A DNA stretch of 58,807 nucleotides, taken from IMG/VR virus record IMGVR_UViG_3300017540_000003, positions 1-58,807 of that record. One strand, given 5' to 3'. The notes beneath the pieces were generated by a model. It saw only the letters and a program-made list of their open reading frames with translations, did not search any database and was not told the origin of the DNA. Below, piece after piece: positions 1-9,396 of this stretch. The stretch is from a virus. Lineage: Duplodnaviria > Caudoviricetes. Every line of letters starts with the position of its first letter. Position 1 is the stretch's first letter. The position numbers and the translations under genes are program-made.

Positions 1-50
1 AGCAGTCTCGACCGACCCGGAGTTCCAGAATGCAGCAGTCGTACTTTACG
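1..50. repeat. 50-bp terminal overlap identical to 58758-58807 (circular assembly signature)
   Basis: agcagtctcg...gtactttacg is identical at both ends; an ORF reads continuously across the junction. Confidence 0.95.
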
Positions 51-403
51 TCCCTGGGGCACTCGGAGAATACGACCCTGATACGGGCGATTATGAACAG
101 TCCGACCCCATCCTGGTATATTCAGGTCGCTGCCGAGTTGTGGGGCTCCGGTCGGCGGACTCTTCCAACGTCGCGTCAAACCCTGACCAGTTGAAGGCGG
201 TGCGCATCCAACTGGCGGACAACCCTGCGCGGATGCCGGACAACACGAAGGCGTACTTCACGAACGGCGGTCGGAACGCCAACCTCACCAGTTACGTGTT
301 CAATGTCAACTCGGATTTCAACTCCAGTCATGTCGCGGCCTATACACTGGAACTGACCGTTTCGATGGATGCTGCGGACTCGACACCCCCGGTGTTCCCA
401 TGA
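2..403 (+). CDS. Head-tail joining/stopper protein, 3' part (gene starts at about 58723 and wraps the junction)
   Basis: Frame is open from GTG 58723 through the overlap into ORF 140..403; position between the adaptor and neck genes. Confidence 0.6.
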   Translation, partial: AVSTDPEFQNAAVVLYVPGALGEYDPDTGDYEQSDPILVYSGRCRVVGLRSADSSNVASNPDQLKAVRIQLADNPARMPDNTKAYFTNGGRNANLTSYVFNVNSDFNSSHVAAYTLELTVSMDAADSTPPVFP

Positions 404-798
404 CAAAGGTAACCCCAGAGCGGTTCACGCGCATCGTGCAGAACAAGATGAGGTCTGTTGTTGAGCAGGGGCGTCAGATCGTTCGGGATAACGCAGATTA
501 CGGCGCGGAGTTGGTGCGTGACACGGTGGAGACCAGCGGCACGATGAAGAGTGGCAAGCGCGGGCGTATCGACACGGGGGAGATGCTTCAGGCGGTTGAC
601 TCGTACTTTGTAGCGACTCCCGATGGCGGCGAGGGCCACTACGGGTGGGTTGCGGGCTCCGGGCCGTTCTACACCAAGTATCAGGAACTCGGCACGCAGT
701 ACATCGAGCCGATGCAGGCGATTCCCGAGGCACGGGAGCAGGTTGACATCGACTTCAAGAACGACATCGACCGGATGATGAAGAGGACTTGGGGGTAA
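400..798 (+). CDS. HK97 gp10-like neck/tail completion protein
   Basis: RIDTGEML and YTKYQELGT motifs; synteny; ATGA overlap. Confidence 0.7.
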   Translation: MTKVTPERFTRIVQNKMRSVVEQGRQIVRDNADYGAELVRDTVETSGTMKSGKRGRIDTGEMLQAVDSYFVATPDGGEGHYGWVAGSGPFYTKYQELGTQYIEPMQAIPEAREQVDIDFKNDIDRMMKRTWG

Positions 799-801
799 GT
801 C

Positions 802-1233
802 ATGGCGGTTACGATTGGCGATGCGATTGAGAGCATCGAAAGCGTGCTTGACGGCCTCCCGCAGGACTGGTACGAGGAGGGCATTCCCACTTTTGAGACG
901 CTGCACATGACGGGCGGCGTTCTCCAGCCGTATTTCGTGGTTTCCTACGGGGATGTGATTCAGCAGGGTTCTACAGCGTTTGCGGGCACCCGAGGGGATG
1001 ACCACGTTCTTCCGGTTCGATTCATGGCTGTTGCCCCCACTGCGAAGATCGCGCGTCAATTGCGAGTGAAGTTGACGGACGTGTTCACCGGCTTTACGCC
1101 TGACCATTGCGGCGAGATGACAAAACGCGGCGGCGGCGGTACGTACACGGTGACAAATGCGAACGATGTGATTGTGGCGTATGTGGCCCCGGTGAACTTC
1201 CGCACGACGATCAACCTGGATGTGGCCGTATAG
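802..1233 (+). CDS. Tail terminator protein
   Basis: 143 aa, QPYFVV motif, position before the tail tube genes. Confidence 0.6.
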   Translation: MAVTIGDAIESIESVLDGLPQDWYEEGIPTFETLHMTGGVLQPYFVVSYGDVIQQGSTAFAGTRGDDHVLPVRFMAVAPTAKIARQLRVKLTDVFTGFTPDHCGEMTKRGGGGTYTVTNANDVIVAYVAPVNFRTTINLDVAV

Positions 1234-1283
1234 CCTACACTATGCTGCACCCCAGCGCAACAGAATGCTGTAAACTGGTAGAT

Positions 1284-1529
1284 ATGAACCTAGTCTTTGC
1301 GCGCAACACCACAACCGGGAAAGTTGTCAAGGTTCCCGAGCATTATCTGACCCACCCCGTCTTCGGCAAGTCTTTCGTGGCGGCGGACGCTAAGGACAAG
1401 GACTACCTGCCCGAACTGTACCTCCCGAAGACTGCGGAGGAGTTCATCGAATCGAAGAAGTCTCGCAAGAAGGAGCCCGAAGTGCCTGAAGATGTTGCCG
1501 TAGAGGACGCTGTGGAGGTGACTGAGTAA
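1284..1529 (+). CDS. Small hypothetical protein (probably leaderless)
   Basis: ATG lies 7 nt after a TAAACT -10 box (1271-1276); TAATG coupling to the next gene. Confidence 0.65.
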   Translation: MNLVFARNTTTGKVVKVPEHYLTHPVFGKSFVAADAKDKDYLPELYLPKTAEEFIESKKSRKKEPEVPEDVAVEDAVEVTE

Positions 1530-2053
1530 TGGCGCGGGAGATTCTATATGCACCCGCCGCCTCTTGGTATCTGGCTGGCCCGAACGCGATTGAAGACCTT
1601 GAGAACCTGTCGGCAGCGGAGTTGAACGCGGGCCTCGCAGACGGAACGATTGTCGATCTGACGTGTGCCCTGAACCAGGAGGGCTCTCAGTTCGACCTGG
1701 ACGACAGCGACACCGACGACAGCCTCTCCTTCTGCCAGGTTGCAGGTGCCGAGGAGCCGACGTTCTACAACGCTACCATCGTCTACGAGGCGTTCCGGTC
1801 GCGGGACGAACTGGACGACAACAGTGCAACCACCGCTTTCGAGTGGCTTGCATGGCCCGACATCCGGTACTACGCGATTCTGCGGGTTGGCGAGGAGCCG
1901 GGCACGGCGTTCGCTGCTGGCCAGGAGGTCAAGGTGGCAGACGTTATCACCGACCTTCCAGTTGACGTGTACGGCTCGGGCGAGAACATCCGAATCTCCA
2001 ATTCACTACTCTTCCAGGGTTCGCTCGCCTGGAATGTTACCCTGGGGGCGTAA
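1529..2053 (+). CDS. Tail tube-like protein 1
   Basis: AELNAG...DLTCAL and VRVG...FAAGQEV motifs shared with the next gene. Confidence 0.7.
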   Translation: MAREILYAPAASWYLAGPNAIEDLENLSAAELNAGLADGTIVDLTCALNQEGSQFDLDDSDTDDSLSFCQVAGAEEPTFYNATIVYEAFRSRDELDDNSATTAFEWLAWPDIRYYAILRVGEEPGTAFAAGQEVKVADVITDLPVDVYGSGENIRISNSLLFQGSLAWNVTLGA

Positions 2054-2056
2054 GCA

Positions 2057-2827
2057 ATGGCTGTGACAATCGACTACGAAAAGCTCCAGTCCGGCAACCG
2101 GATTACCTGGACGTGGACTCCCGCTGGTGGTATCACCGACGTTGCGGACGCAGTTGTCTCCGAGCTGAACGCCGGGTACAACATCTCCAGCGCGGTTGCG
2201 TTCGACGGCACCGACTTCAGCAACCAGGCGTCGGAGACCAATAACGAGCCTTCCTTCGCGGACGAGGGCAACGTGCAGACCCGCGGCGCGAGCCAGTACG
2301 GTGGCTCGGTGTCGATGTGGTACCCGAAGAACTTCCACGACTCGACAAACCCCCTGTCGGTCGCTTACGACCTGCTGAAGACCCCGCGCACTCCGGGGTT
2401 CCTTTCCGTGCGCATCGATGGCGACACCAAGACTACGGAAGCATATGCCGCTGGTCAGTACGTGTCAACCTACCAGGTTATCACCGATGGCGAGACGAAC
2501 GAACTCGGCGGCAGCGAGGGTCAGCGTCGCACGGTTACCGCGCTCAGCCGTGGCAACCTTGCGGTATACACCGTGACTCGCTCTAGTGCGGCTGCCCTCG
2601 TGGTTCCGACTACTGCGACACCTGCGCCCGGTGCGAAGGGCCGGTTTGAGGCAACACTCAACGGGCGCTACTTCGGTGGTGTTGAGTGGTCAACCAGCGA
2701 CCCGGACGTGATTCAGGTGTGGCCCGGTGGGTTCTACACGGTCACGGGTTCGGACACGGAGACGGCAACTGTCACCGCAACGCACAACGGCCTGTCTGAC
2801 ACAATCGCTGTCACGGTAGCAAGCTGA
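2057..2827 (+). CDS. Major tail (tube) protein with C-terminal Ig-like domain
   Basis: SELNAG...VRID...YAAGQYV; C-terminal VEWSTSDPDV...ATVTAT...IAVTV is Big_2-like. Confidence 0.75.
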   Translation: MAVTIDYEKLQSGNRITWTWTPAGGITDVADAVVSELNAGYNISSAVAFDGTDFSNQASETNNEPSFADEGNVQTRGASQYGGSVSMWYPKNFHDSTNPLSVAYDLLKTPRTPGFLSVRIDGDTKTTEAYAAGQYVSTYQVITDGETNELGGSEGQRRTVTALSRGNLAVYTVTRSSAAALVVPTTATPAPGAKGRFEATLNGRYFGGVEWSTSDPDVIQVWPGGFYTVTGSDTETATVTATHNGLSDTIAVTVAS

Positions 2828-2873
2828 GGTGTGATACCATAATCGTATCGGTAAAACGATGCGAGGAGGTAAT

Positions 2874-3554
2874 GTGGCAAAAGCTTACAGGCCCCCCGTC
2901 CTGGACGAAAATGGACGGGAGGTTCCCTGCTTGGTGGAGGGGTGCACAGGCGTCCGGGAGCGCAAGAACGGATATTGCGATGCCCACTACTGGCGAAATC
3001 ATAAGTACGGTTCGCCAACCGCCAATTCCGGTGGAAGGGTTATCAGGAGTAATCTCGATAGGTTCTGGGATAAAGTTAACAAGAATGGCCCAATTCCAGA
3101 CTACGCCCCCCACCTTGGCCCGTGCTGGATTTGGACTGGCGCTAGCAGTGACGGGTACGGAGTATTGCGAATAAATCTTGCGGCTGCCAATGACCAGCCT
3201 TACAGGTTAAATACGCGGGTAAAAAACAACGGCATCCAGGGGAAAACCGTAAAGGCGTACCGATTCTCCTGGGAGATTGCCAATGGCCCCATCCCCGCAG
3301 GGCTGCACATTGATCACCTTTGCCGAGTTCCGGCCTGTGTCAACCCGAATCACCTGGAACCAGTCACGCAGGCGGAGAACAATCGCCGTAACCCCAACTG
3401 GGTTGGGAACGATATGTCGCGCGCGAGGTACACGCACTGGCCAAAGGGTACCAACAGGGGCGTCAAGCGTCCGATGTCCTGGTTCCATAACAAGTACCAC
3501 GTTCGGGGTCAATCCGTGAACACCATGCCAGACTGTCCGGAGTGTCAGATTTGA
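2874..3554 (+). CDS. HNH homing endonuclease
   Basis: RFWDKV, CWIWTG, IDHLCRVPACVNPNHLEPVTQAENNRR; GGAGG before GTG 2874; CATAAT upstream. Confidence 0.9.
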   Translation: MAKAYRPPVLDENGREVPCLVEGCTGVRERKNGYCDAHYWRNHKYGSPTANSGGRVIRSNLDRFWDKVNKNGPIPDYAPHLGPCWIWTGASSDGYGVLRINLAAANDQPYRLNTRVKNNGIQGKTVKAYRFSWEIANGPIPAGLHIDHLCRVPACVNPNHLEPVTQAENNRRNPNWVGNDMSRARYTHWPKGTNRGVKRPMSWFHNKYHVRGQSVNTMPDCPECQI

Positions 3555-3567
3555 GCTTGCACCGACT

Positions 3568-3603
3568 ACCCGCCCCGCTTCTACAAATGAGGCGAGGGCG
3601 GGT
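3568..3603 (+). terminator. GC-rich hairpin, putative terminator
   Basis: ACCCGCCC...GGGCGGGT stem after the HNH gene; weak U tract. Confidence 0.5.
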
Positions 3604-3650
3604 TCGTCGTGTTGGCTGGTAGAATTAGTTGAGCCAATAAGGAGGGCTAG

Positions 3651-4274
3651 ATGACTGAAGCTGCTGACCCAATCGGTTTTGACCTCGTAGCCGCAATCAA
3701 CGGGACGACCTACCCCGAGGAGGAGGTTCTGTTCCTGTTTGACGAGAGGGCCGCGAATACTCTGGCTGCCCTCAGCGCGGAGATGAACAAGAACCTCGTG
3801 CTTGAGCGCAAGGAGGCCTACGAGGACGTGGAGCGCCTTTATGAGCAGACTCTTGAGGCGGTGAAGTCCATTCTGTTCAAGGTTACCGTTCGGAGCGTTC
3901 CGCGTGAGGTGACGAAGGCCGTTATTGCCGAGGCGGACGCCAAGTACCCGAAGAAGTTCAACGCGCTCACGGGTGCGGAGGAGTTCAACGAGGAGAAAGA
4001 GGAGTTCTTCAACGTCCTAAACTGGCGCGCTCATATCGTAAAGTTTGAAGACCCGACTGGCAAGGTGCTGGAGGGGCCGCTTCCCAAGGAGCACATTGAA
4101 CTCCTGCTGAACAAGGGGCCGAAGGCGAGTCTCAAGGCGGTGGGCGCGAAGATTGTCGAGCTTGACTCGGGTGCGGCTGCGGGCTACGAGGCTGCGGTTC
4201 GGAACGTTGAAGATTTTTTAGCATCGCCCTCACAAGAGGCTACTCCCGGCGATACACCCCAGCAATCCGAGTAG
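3651..4274 (+). CDS. Tail assembly chaperone (G-like)
   Basis: Position before the tape measure gene; slippery site near the 3' end. Confidence 0.85.
   Translation: MTEAADPIGFDLVAAINGTTYPEEEVLFLFDERAANTLAALSAEMNKNLVLERKEAYEDVERLYEQTLEAVKSILFKVTVRSVPREVTKAVIAEADAKYPKKFNALTGAEEFNEEKEEFFNVLNWRAHIVKFEDPTGKVLEGPLPKEHIELLLNKGPKASLKAVGAKIVELDSGAAAGYEAAVRNVEDFLASPSQEATPGDTPQQSE
4214..4220 (+). promoter_or_regulatory. -1 programmed frameshift slippery heptamer T-TTT-TTA
   Basis: In-frame GAT TTT TTA; the -1 frame from 4220 is open and continuous with ORF 4304..4717. Confidence 0.85.
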
Positions 4275-4717
4275 CGATTCAACTCGGGCAGCGTCCAACC
4301 GCGATGCTGTTCCATGATCCGTTCGCGGGTCACCGCCACTGGGAAACGGGGGAGCCCCTGCTTACCCAGTCGGAAGTGTACTGGACGGAGTGGGACTTTG
4401 CGCTCGCGGATGCTGTGACGTTCATTCAGGATTACACGAATGAGCACGGACACCTCGTGTGGGAGCAGGAAGACCCCCGCGTGACTGTGGTCGCTAGGCG
4501 TAAGATCGACCGCGCGCAAGCCGCCATTGAGAAGAAGACCAAAGGCTCGGAGAAGAAGCCGTACAAGCCGAAAGACGGCGAGAAGTGGTATACAGAGTTG
4601 CGGCTACCGGACGGCGGCAATTGGCCCACGTTCAACGAGTGGTATAAGCGCCAGATGAGCGGCGAGAAGCCCAAGGAAGACGAGTACCGTCCCGTGATGA
4701 TGAGCGACGAGGACTGA
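4220..4717 (+). CDS. Tail assembly chaperone frameshift extension (GT-like)
   Basis: Open -1 frame from the slippery site to TGA 4717. Confidence 0.8.
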   Translation, partial: SIALTRGYSRRYTPAIRVAIQLGQRPTAMLFHDPFAGHRHWETGEPLLTQSEVYWTEWDFALADAVTFIQDYTNEHGHLVWEQEDPRVTVVARRKIDRAQAAIEKKTKGSEKKPYKPKDGEKWYTELRLPDGGNWPTFNEWYKRQMSGEKPKEDEYRPVMMSDED

Positions 4718-4786
4718 GGCTGGGAATCTCCTGACACGGTAGAATAGAGATTAGGTAAACTCCCCTTTTCTGCGTTAGGATTCCGC

Positions 4787-7700
4787 TTGGCCGAAGAATA
4801 CGACCTCGAAGCCGTTGTTCGGTTTACCAGCGAGGGTCAAGCCGCCGTTCAGGCGCAGGTTGCGAGAGTTCAGAGGGAACTAGATCAACTTCGCAAGTCC
4901 GGCAAGATCAGCGAAGACACCTTCCAGTCCCTGGCTCGCGAAACCACGCGCACGGGGCAGGCGATGGAGCGGGGCCTTGCGCGAGACGCTGCAAAAACTG
5001 CACTAGGGCTGAATCAGGTTACCAGGTCATCTGCCGGGTTGAGCGACGGGAACCTCCCCCGACTTCGCTACGCCCTGTACGATGTCGCAACCACGTTCGC
5101 TATCGTCTCTGCTGCGGCGACTGCGTTCGATGTGGCTATCATAAAGACGGCCATCGACTTTCAGCGCGAGTTCGCCAACGTGCAACGCACGTCAGGGGTG
5201 ACCGGTGCCGCGGCGGACGCGCTTCGACAGCAGTTCACGGCTCTTGCGCAATCGATCCCCGTTTCTTTTAAGAGTCTCACGGAGATCGGCACCCTCGCTG
5301 CCCAGCTCAACATCGCCGCCGAAGACCTGGCATCCTTCACCTCGACCGTCGCACGCTTCTCTGCTACCACTGGCGTGACCACGGAGGCATCCGCAACGGC
5401 CCTCGGTCGCCTCGCCCAACTGCTACCGGATGTCAACGGTAACTACGAGGCGCTTGCATCCTCTATCCTCAAGGTTGGCGTGAACTCCGTCGCCACCGAG
5501 CAGCAGATTATCAACATTGCAACGCAGATCGCAGGCATCGGCACGCAATCCGGCCTCACCGCCGATCAGGTCGTTGGTCTGGCCGGAGCACTCGCCTCGG
5601 TCGGTACGGCCCCAGAACTTTCCCGTGGTCTTGTAACCAGGCTCTTCACTAATATCCAGGTGGCAATCGCGCAGGGCGGTCAGTCGCTAGAGGACTTTGG
5701 GCGAATCTCTGGCAAGACGGGTGCGGAGTTCAAGGCGACTTGGCAGAACGATGCTGGACGGGCGCTCGTTGATCTACTCAAGGGAATTCAGGAAAACGGC
5801 GGGGCCTCCGTTGCCACCATCAAAGCCCTCGGGGTGGCAAGCGTTCGAGACCTGCCTGCGCTCCAGAAGCTCGCCCAGAACTACGAACTGGTTGCGGACT
5901 CCCTAGGGCTTTCGGCCTCTGGCTTCACCGACGCGACGGAACTCGCCCAGCAATATTCGGTTATTGCGGAAACCGTATCCGCCAAACTCGACCAACTCAC
6001 CAACAATATTCAGGTTCTCATGGCAACCGTTGGCGGTGCGACGACTGGGCCACTGGGCGACTTCCTCGACTGGCTGAATGATACCCTTATCAGCCTGAAC
6101 GCTTTTGCCAAGACCGACGCCGGACAAGTAATTGGGGTCGTGGCGCTTGCGGCTGCCGGTCTCACCGCTGCGGTATTCGGCCTCACTGCCAGCCTTGCGC
6201 TTGGTGCGGCATCTGTAGCGGCCATGTCTACGGCGATGAGCGCGCTGGGCGTCTCTACGGGTGCGGCGACCGTCGCCATGAACGTGTTCAAGGTCGCTCT
6301 CATCTCCACGGGTATCGGCGCTGCGGTTGTGGCTCTGGGGACTTTGGTGGCCGGTATTGCTGCGGCGAGCGGCGCTTTTGACGACGCATCTGCCACCGCC
6401 ACAAAGTATCTAGGCGACACTTCAGGTATCGCATCTGCGCTCAAGAAGGATGAGGAGCAGTACCGCAAGACCGGTTACGCGATCAAGTTCATCGCATCCG
6501 CGCAAGATGAGGCAGCGGAGGCCACCGGACGTGCCACAATCGCTTACGGGGAGAACGCCAAGGTCGCGCTCGCCTCGGCGCTGGCGGCGAGCAAGGACTT
6601 CCAAACCCTACTGTCAGAGTTTGATAAGTATGAGCAGTATGGCGGAAACAAGACCGACTTCATCAACGCGCTCCTGGGTGACCCGGAGAGCGGCGCGCAG
6701 GAGTATATTAATGGCCTCAAGGCCGCGTTTGCGGCGCGCCAGGCGGAGCTGACTGGTTACTCGCCCACCTCGACCTACATCCAGAGTCAGGTCAAAGCAC
6801 AATTTGAGGCGCTGGACTCCGCCGCCGCCGCATCTTCCGCCGCGATACGCGATGCTGCAAACGCCAACAGTGCCTATAGGGACACCGCTGCCGCCCTGGG
6901 AATCTCGGTGGAAGACCTGGCGGGTAACTACATCGCGCTGTCCGACGAGATCAAAGCGCAGATCGACGCGGTGTTCGGCAGCGTCAACGCACAACGCCAG
7001 ATGGATTCGGCTCTCCAGTCTGTCGGCCAGGAGTTCGCCAATTCCGGGGCTGCGGCTGCTTTCAGCGGGGAGGCGATTCAGCAGTATGTTTCTGCGGTTA
7101 TCTCCATGTACGGGACCGGGCCTGCGGCTGCGGACGCGATTCAAACCCTCGTAAACTCCGTAGTTGCCTCTGGGTATGCCGCGGCGACGAACGCCCCTGA
7201 ACTTCAGTACTTGAATCAGGTCATTGCACTGCTTGGCGGATCGACGGTCAAGACCACGCAGCCGCTACCAGCATTCACATCTGGCGTCAAGAGGGCAGGT
7301 AGTGCTGCGGGCGGTGCAGCCAAGGAGGTTCGCACCCTTGTGGACTACGCGAACGATCTCCAGTCGGTTTTCAGCCGGGCATTCGACATCCGTTTCAAGT
7401 CGCAGTTGGCGATGGACGATGTTGCCGACTCGTGGGAAACGCTGGCGAAGCGCATTGACGACGCCCGTGTCAAGCTCATGGGGCTACAGGCGGACAAGAG
7501 CATTGCAGAATACTTCAAGAGTGTTGCAGACCAGTATGGAGACACGCTGCGCAGCGACAAGTTGGCAGCGGAGATCGCAGACCTGAACCAACAGATCGCG
7601 GAAACGCAAGCGGAAGCCTCGACGGAACTCAACGGCAACACCAAGGCGGCGCGGGCCAACCGCAAAACGATCACCGACCTTGTGAAGCAGTACGAGGACT

Positions 7701-8503
7701 ACATCACAGCGCTCGCGGAAGGTGGGGCCGACCAGGCCACGTTGAATGCCGCCGTGCAGTCCTCGCGTGCGCAATTCATGCAGCAGGCACAAGCACTGGG
7801 CTACTCAAACGCGGAACTTCAGCCGTACATTGCGTCCTTCGATGATCTCGCCACGGTTATTGCCAGAATTCCCCGAAATATCACCGTGGGATTCAATGGC
7901 AACCCCGCGCTCCAGGCCATCAATGAGTTCATGGCGAAGGCGAAAGCTGCAATCGGTAATGGGGTTCAGGTTCCCATTGCAACGACTTCTGACAATTACG
8001 GCATTCGCAAGAACCTCTCCGATTCGATTGCCGCATACCAAGCCCAGCAGGCAGCGATCTTCAAGGCTAACGGTGGAAACTACACACGCCAAACCGAGTT
8101 GCTAGATCAGGCCATCGCCAGACTTCGAAGCACCCTGAATTCCCTCGGGGGCTTTGCTACGGGTGGCTACACCGGTCGCGGCGGCAAGCACGAACCCGCA
8201 GGCGTGGTTCACCGTGGTGAGTACGTCATCCCGAAGGAGCAGGTCAACCAGCGCACCGGGCTACCGTATGCTTCGGCACTCGGCCAACTCCAGGCGGGCA
8301 CGCGCGCTCCGCGGTCGAGTTACGCTTCTGGTGGCTTCGTTGGCGGCGGCGGTTTCGGTGGAGTTTTTATGCTCGACCAGGCTCAGTATAATGGTCTAGT
8401 GAGGGCGATGAGGGAATCTGGCGGCGGAAACATGGGCGCACAGACTCTCCAGGGGGTCGTAAACGGTCTCAACGCCCGCGATAGCACTTTGGGGCGTGGA
8501 TAA
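4787..8503 (+). CDS. Tape measure protein
   Basis: 1238 aa, Ala-rich and helical; FQREFANVQRT N-terminal tape-measure motif; C-terminal FATGGYTG...AGVVHRGEYVIP. Confidence 0.95.
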   Translation: MAEEYDLEAVVRFTSEGQAAVQAQVARVQRELDQLRKSGKISEDTFQSLARETTRTGQAMERGLARDAAKTALGLNQVTRSSAGLSDGNLPRLRYALYDVATTFAIVSAAATAFDVAIIKTAIDFQREFANVQRTSGVTGAAADALRQQFTALAQSIPVSFKSLTEIGTLAAQLNIAAEDLASFTSTVARFSATTGVTTEASATALGRLAQLLPDVNGNYEALASSILKVGVNSVATEQQIINIATQIAGIGTQSGLTADQVVGLAGALASVGTAPELSRGLVTRLFTNIQVAIAQGGQSLEDFGRISGKTGAEFKATWQNDAGRALVDLLKGIQENGGASVATIKALGVASVRDLPALQKLAQNYELVADSLGLSASGFTDATELAQQYSVIAETVSAKLDQLTNNIQVLMATVGGATTGPLGDFLDWLNDTLISLNAFAKTDAGQVIGVVALAAAGLTAAVFGLTASLALGAASVAAMSTAMSALGVSTGAATVAMNVFKVALISTGIGAAVVALGTLVAGIAAASGAFDDASATATKYLGDTSGIASALKKDEEQYRKTGYAIKFIASAQDEAAEATGRATIAYGENAKVALASALAASKDFQTLLSEFDKYEQYGGNKTDFINALLGDPESGAQEYINGLKAAFAARQAELTGYSPTSTYIQSQVKAQFEALDSAAAASSAAIRDAANANSAYRDTAAALGISVEDLAGNYIALSDEIKAQIDAVFGSVNAQRQMDSALQSVGQEFANSGAAAAFSGEAIQQYVSAVISMYGTGPAAADAIQTLVNSVVASGYAAATNAPELQYLNQVIALLGGSTVKTTQPLPAFTSGVKRAGSAAGGAAKEVRTLVDYANDLQSVFSRAFDIRFKSQLAMDDVADSWETLAKRIDDARVKLMGLQADKSIAEYFKSVADQYGDTLRSDKLAAEIADLNQQIAETQAEASTELNGNTKAARANRKTITDLVKQYEDYITALAEGGADQATLNAAVQSSRAQFMQQAQALGYSNAELQPYIASFDDLATVIARIPRNITVGFNGNPALQAINEFMAKAKAAIGNGVQVPIATTSDNYGIRKNLSDSIAAYQAQQAAIFKANGGNYTRQTELLDQAIARLRSTLNSLGGFATGGYTGRGGKHEPAGVVHRGEYVIPKEQVNQRTGLPYASALGQLQAGTRAPRSSYASGGFVGGGGFGGVFMLDQAQYNGLVRAMRESGGGNMGAQTLQGVVNGLNARDSTLGRG

Positions 8504-9396
8504 TGGCGCAGATGTGGTTCGGTACGCGGGGCCATATGCAGTGGATCAACTGCCCGCGTGTGGATATGGACTTGTCGAAGGTGGGTTGGTCAACCAGCAG
8601 CCAGTATCTGAACGGCGGGGCTGGCGCACGAGGTTCCACCTCCAGTCACAAAGTGTACGACATGAGCTGGGGTAACCTCAATCGGGACGAAGTGCGGAGC
8701 ATCACCGACTACGCGGACGGAATTTACGATACGAACGAGGGAATCAACCTCATCTACTTCATCGACCCCACGACAACCGGGCCACACTCCAACGTTCTGC
8801 CGCAACTGTGGGCCGCACCGTTCCAGCAGGGCGTGGAGGGGCTAACGCTTTTCCAGGGCCAAAGCCCAAAGGTTGTCCAGACCCCATCGAATAACTACGG
8901 CTACCCTGCTCGCAGCGTTCAGTACACCGCCAACAGCATCGCGTCCTCGGTGTGGGTTCCCATCCCCCCTGGGTACACCGCGTGGGTCGGGGTGCATGGC
9001 TCTGCCACCGGAAGCGCAGGGGTCACCGCAGCAACAACCTCCGGACAGTCTTCCGCAACCGCCGTCACACTGACAACCCTTCCTGTAACCACTGCAACCA
9101 GATTCAGCGATTCGTTCGAGGCTTCGTCAACCGTGGATGGAGTTCTTCTGTCTCTCGCCAACCTGGGGCCAGGTTCAACCGACACCCTCATCTGGAGCGG
9201 CACGATGGTTCAGTTGCTGCGCACGGGCCAGGCACCGCAGGACGGGCCATACATCAGCGGCCAGGGGCACTCGGGGTGCCAGTTCTCCGAGAAGCCCAGC
9301 GTCAGCGTACAGTTCCTGGGGCACGGTTCAGATTCCAGCGACAACGCTCACCTTTCCGTAGCCGCTAACCTCATTGAGACGGGGAGCTGGCTCTAA
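8503..9396 (+). CDS. Distal tail/minor tail protein
   Basis: Directly after the tape measure gene, TAATG coupled. Confidence 0.7.
   Translation: MAQMWFGTRGHMQWINCPRVDMDLSKVGWSTSSQYLNGGAGARGSTSSHKVYDMSWGNLNRDEVRSITDYADGIYDTNEGINLIYFIDPTTTGPHSNVLPQLWAAPFQQGVEGLTLFQGQSPKVVQTPSNNYGYPARSVQYTANSIASSVWVPIPPGYTAWVGVHGSATGSAGVTAATTSGQSSATAVTLTTLPVTTATRFSDSFEASSTVDGVLLSLANLGPGSTDTLIWSGTMVQLLRTGQAPQDGPYISGQGHSGCQFSEKPSVSVQFLGHGSDSSDNAHLSVAANLIETGSWL

Noticed and set aside
1-50. Biological direct terminal repeat
   Set aside because: It falls in the middle of a gene and looks like an assembler overlap; real genome ends cannot be determined without reads.
2838-2855. Self-target of guide U4 (CCATAATCGTATCGGTAA versus CCATAATAC+CGTCGGTCA) at the HNH promoter
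   Set aside because: Only 13 of 18 positions match; a few such hits are expected by chance in 59 kb.
4214-4220. Tail chaperone frameshift as a novelty
   Set aside because: Real but a standard feature of long-tailed phages; listed as a feature only.
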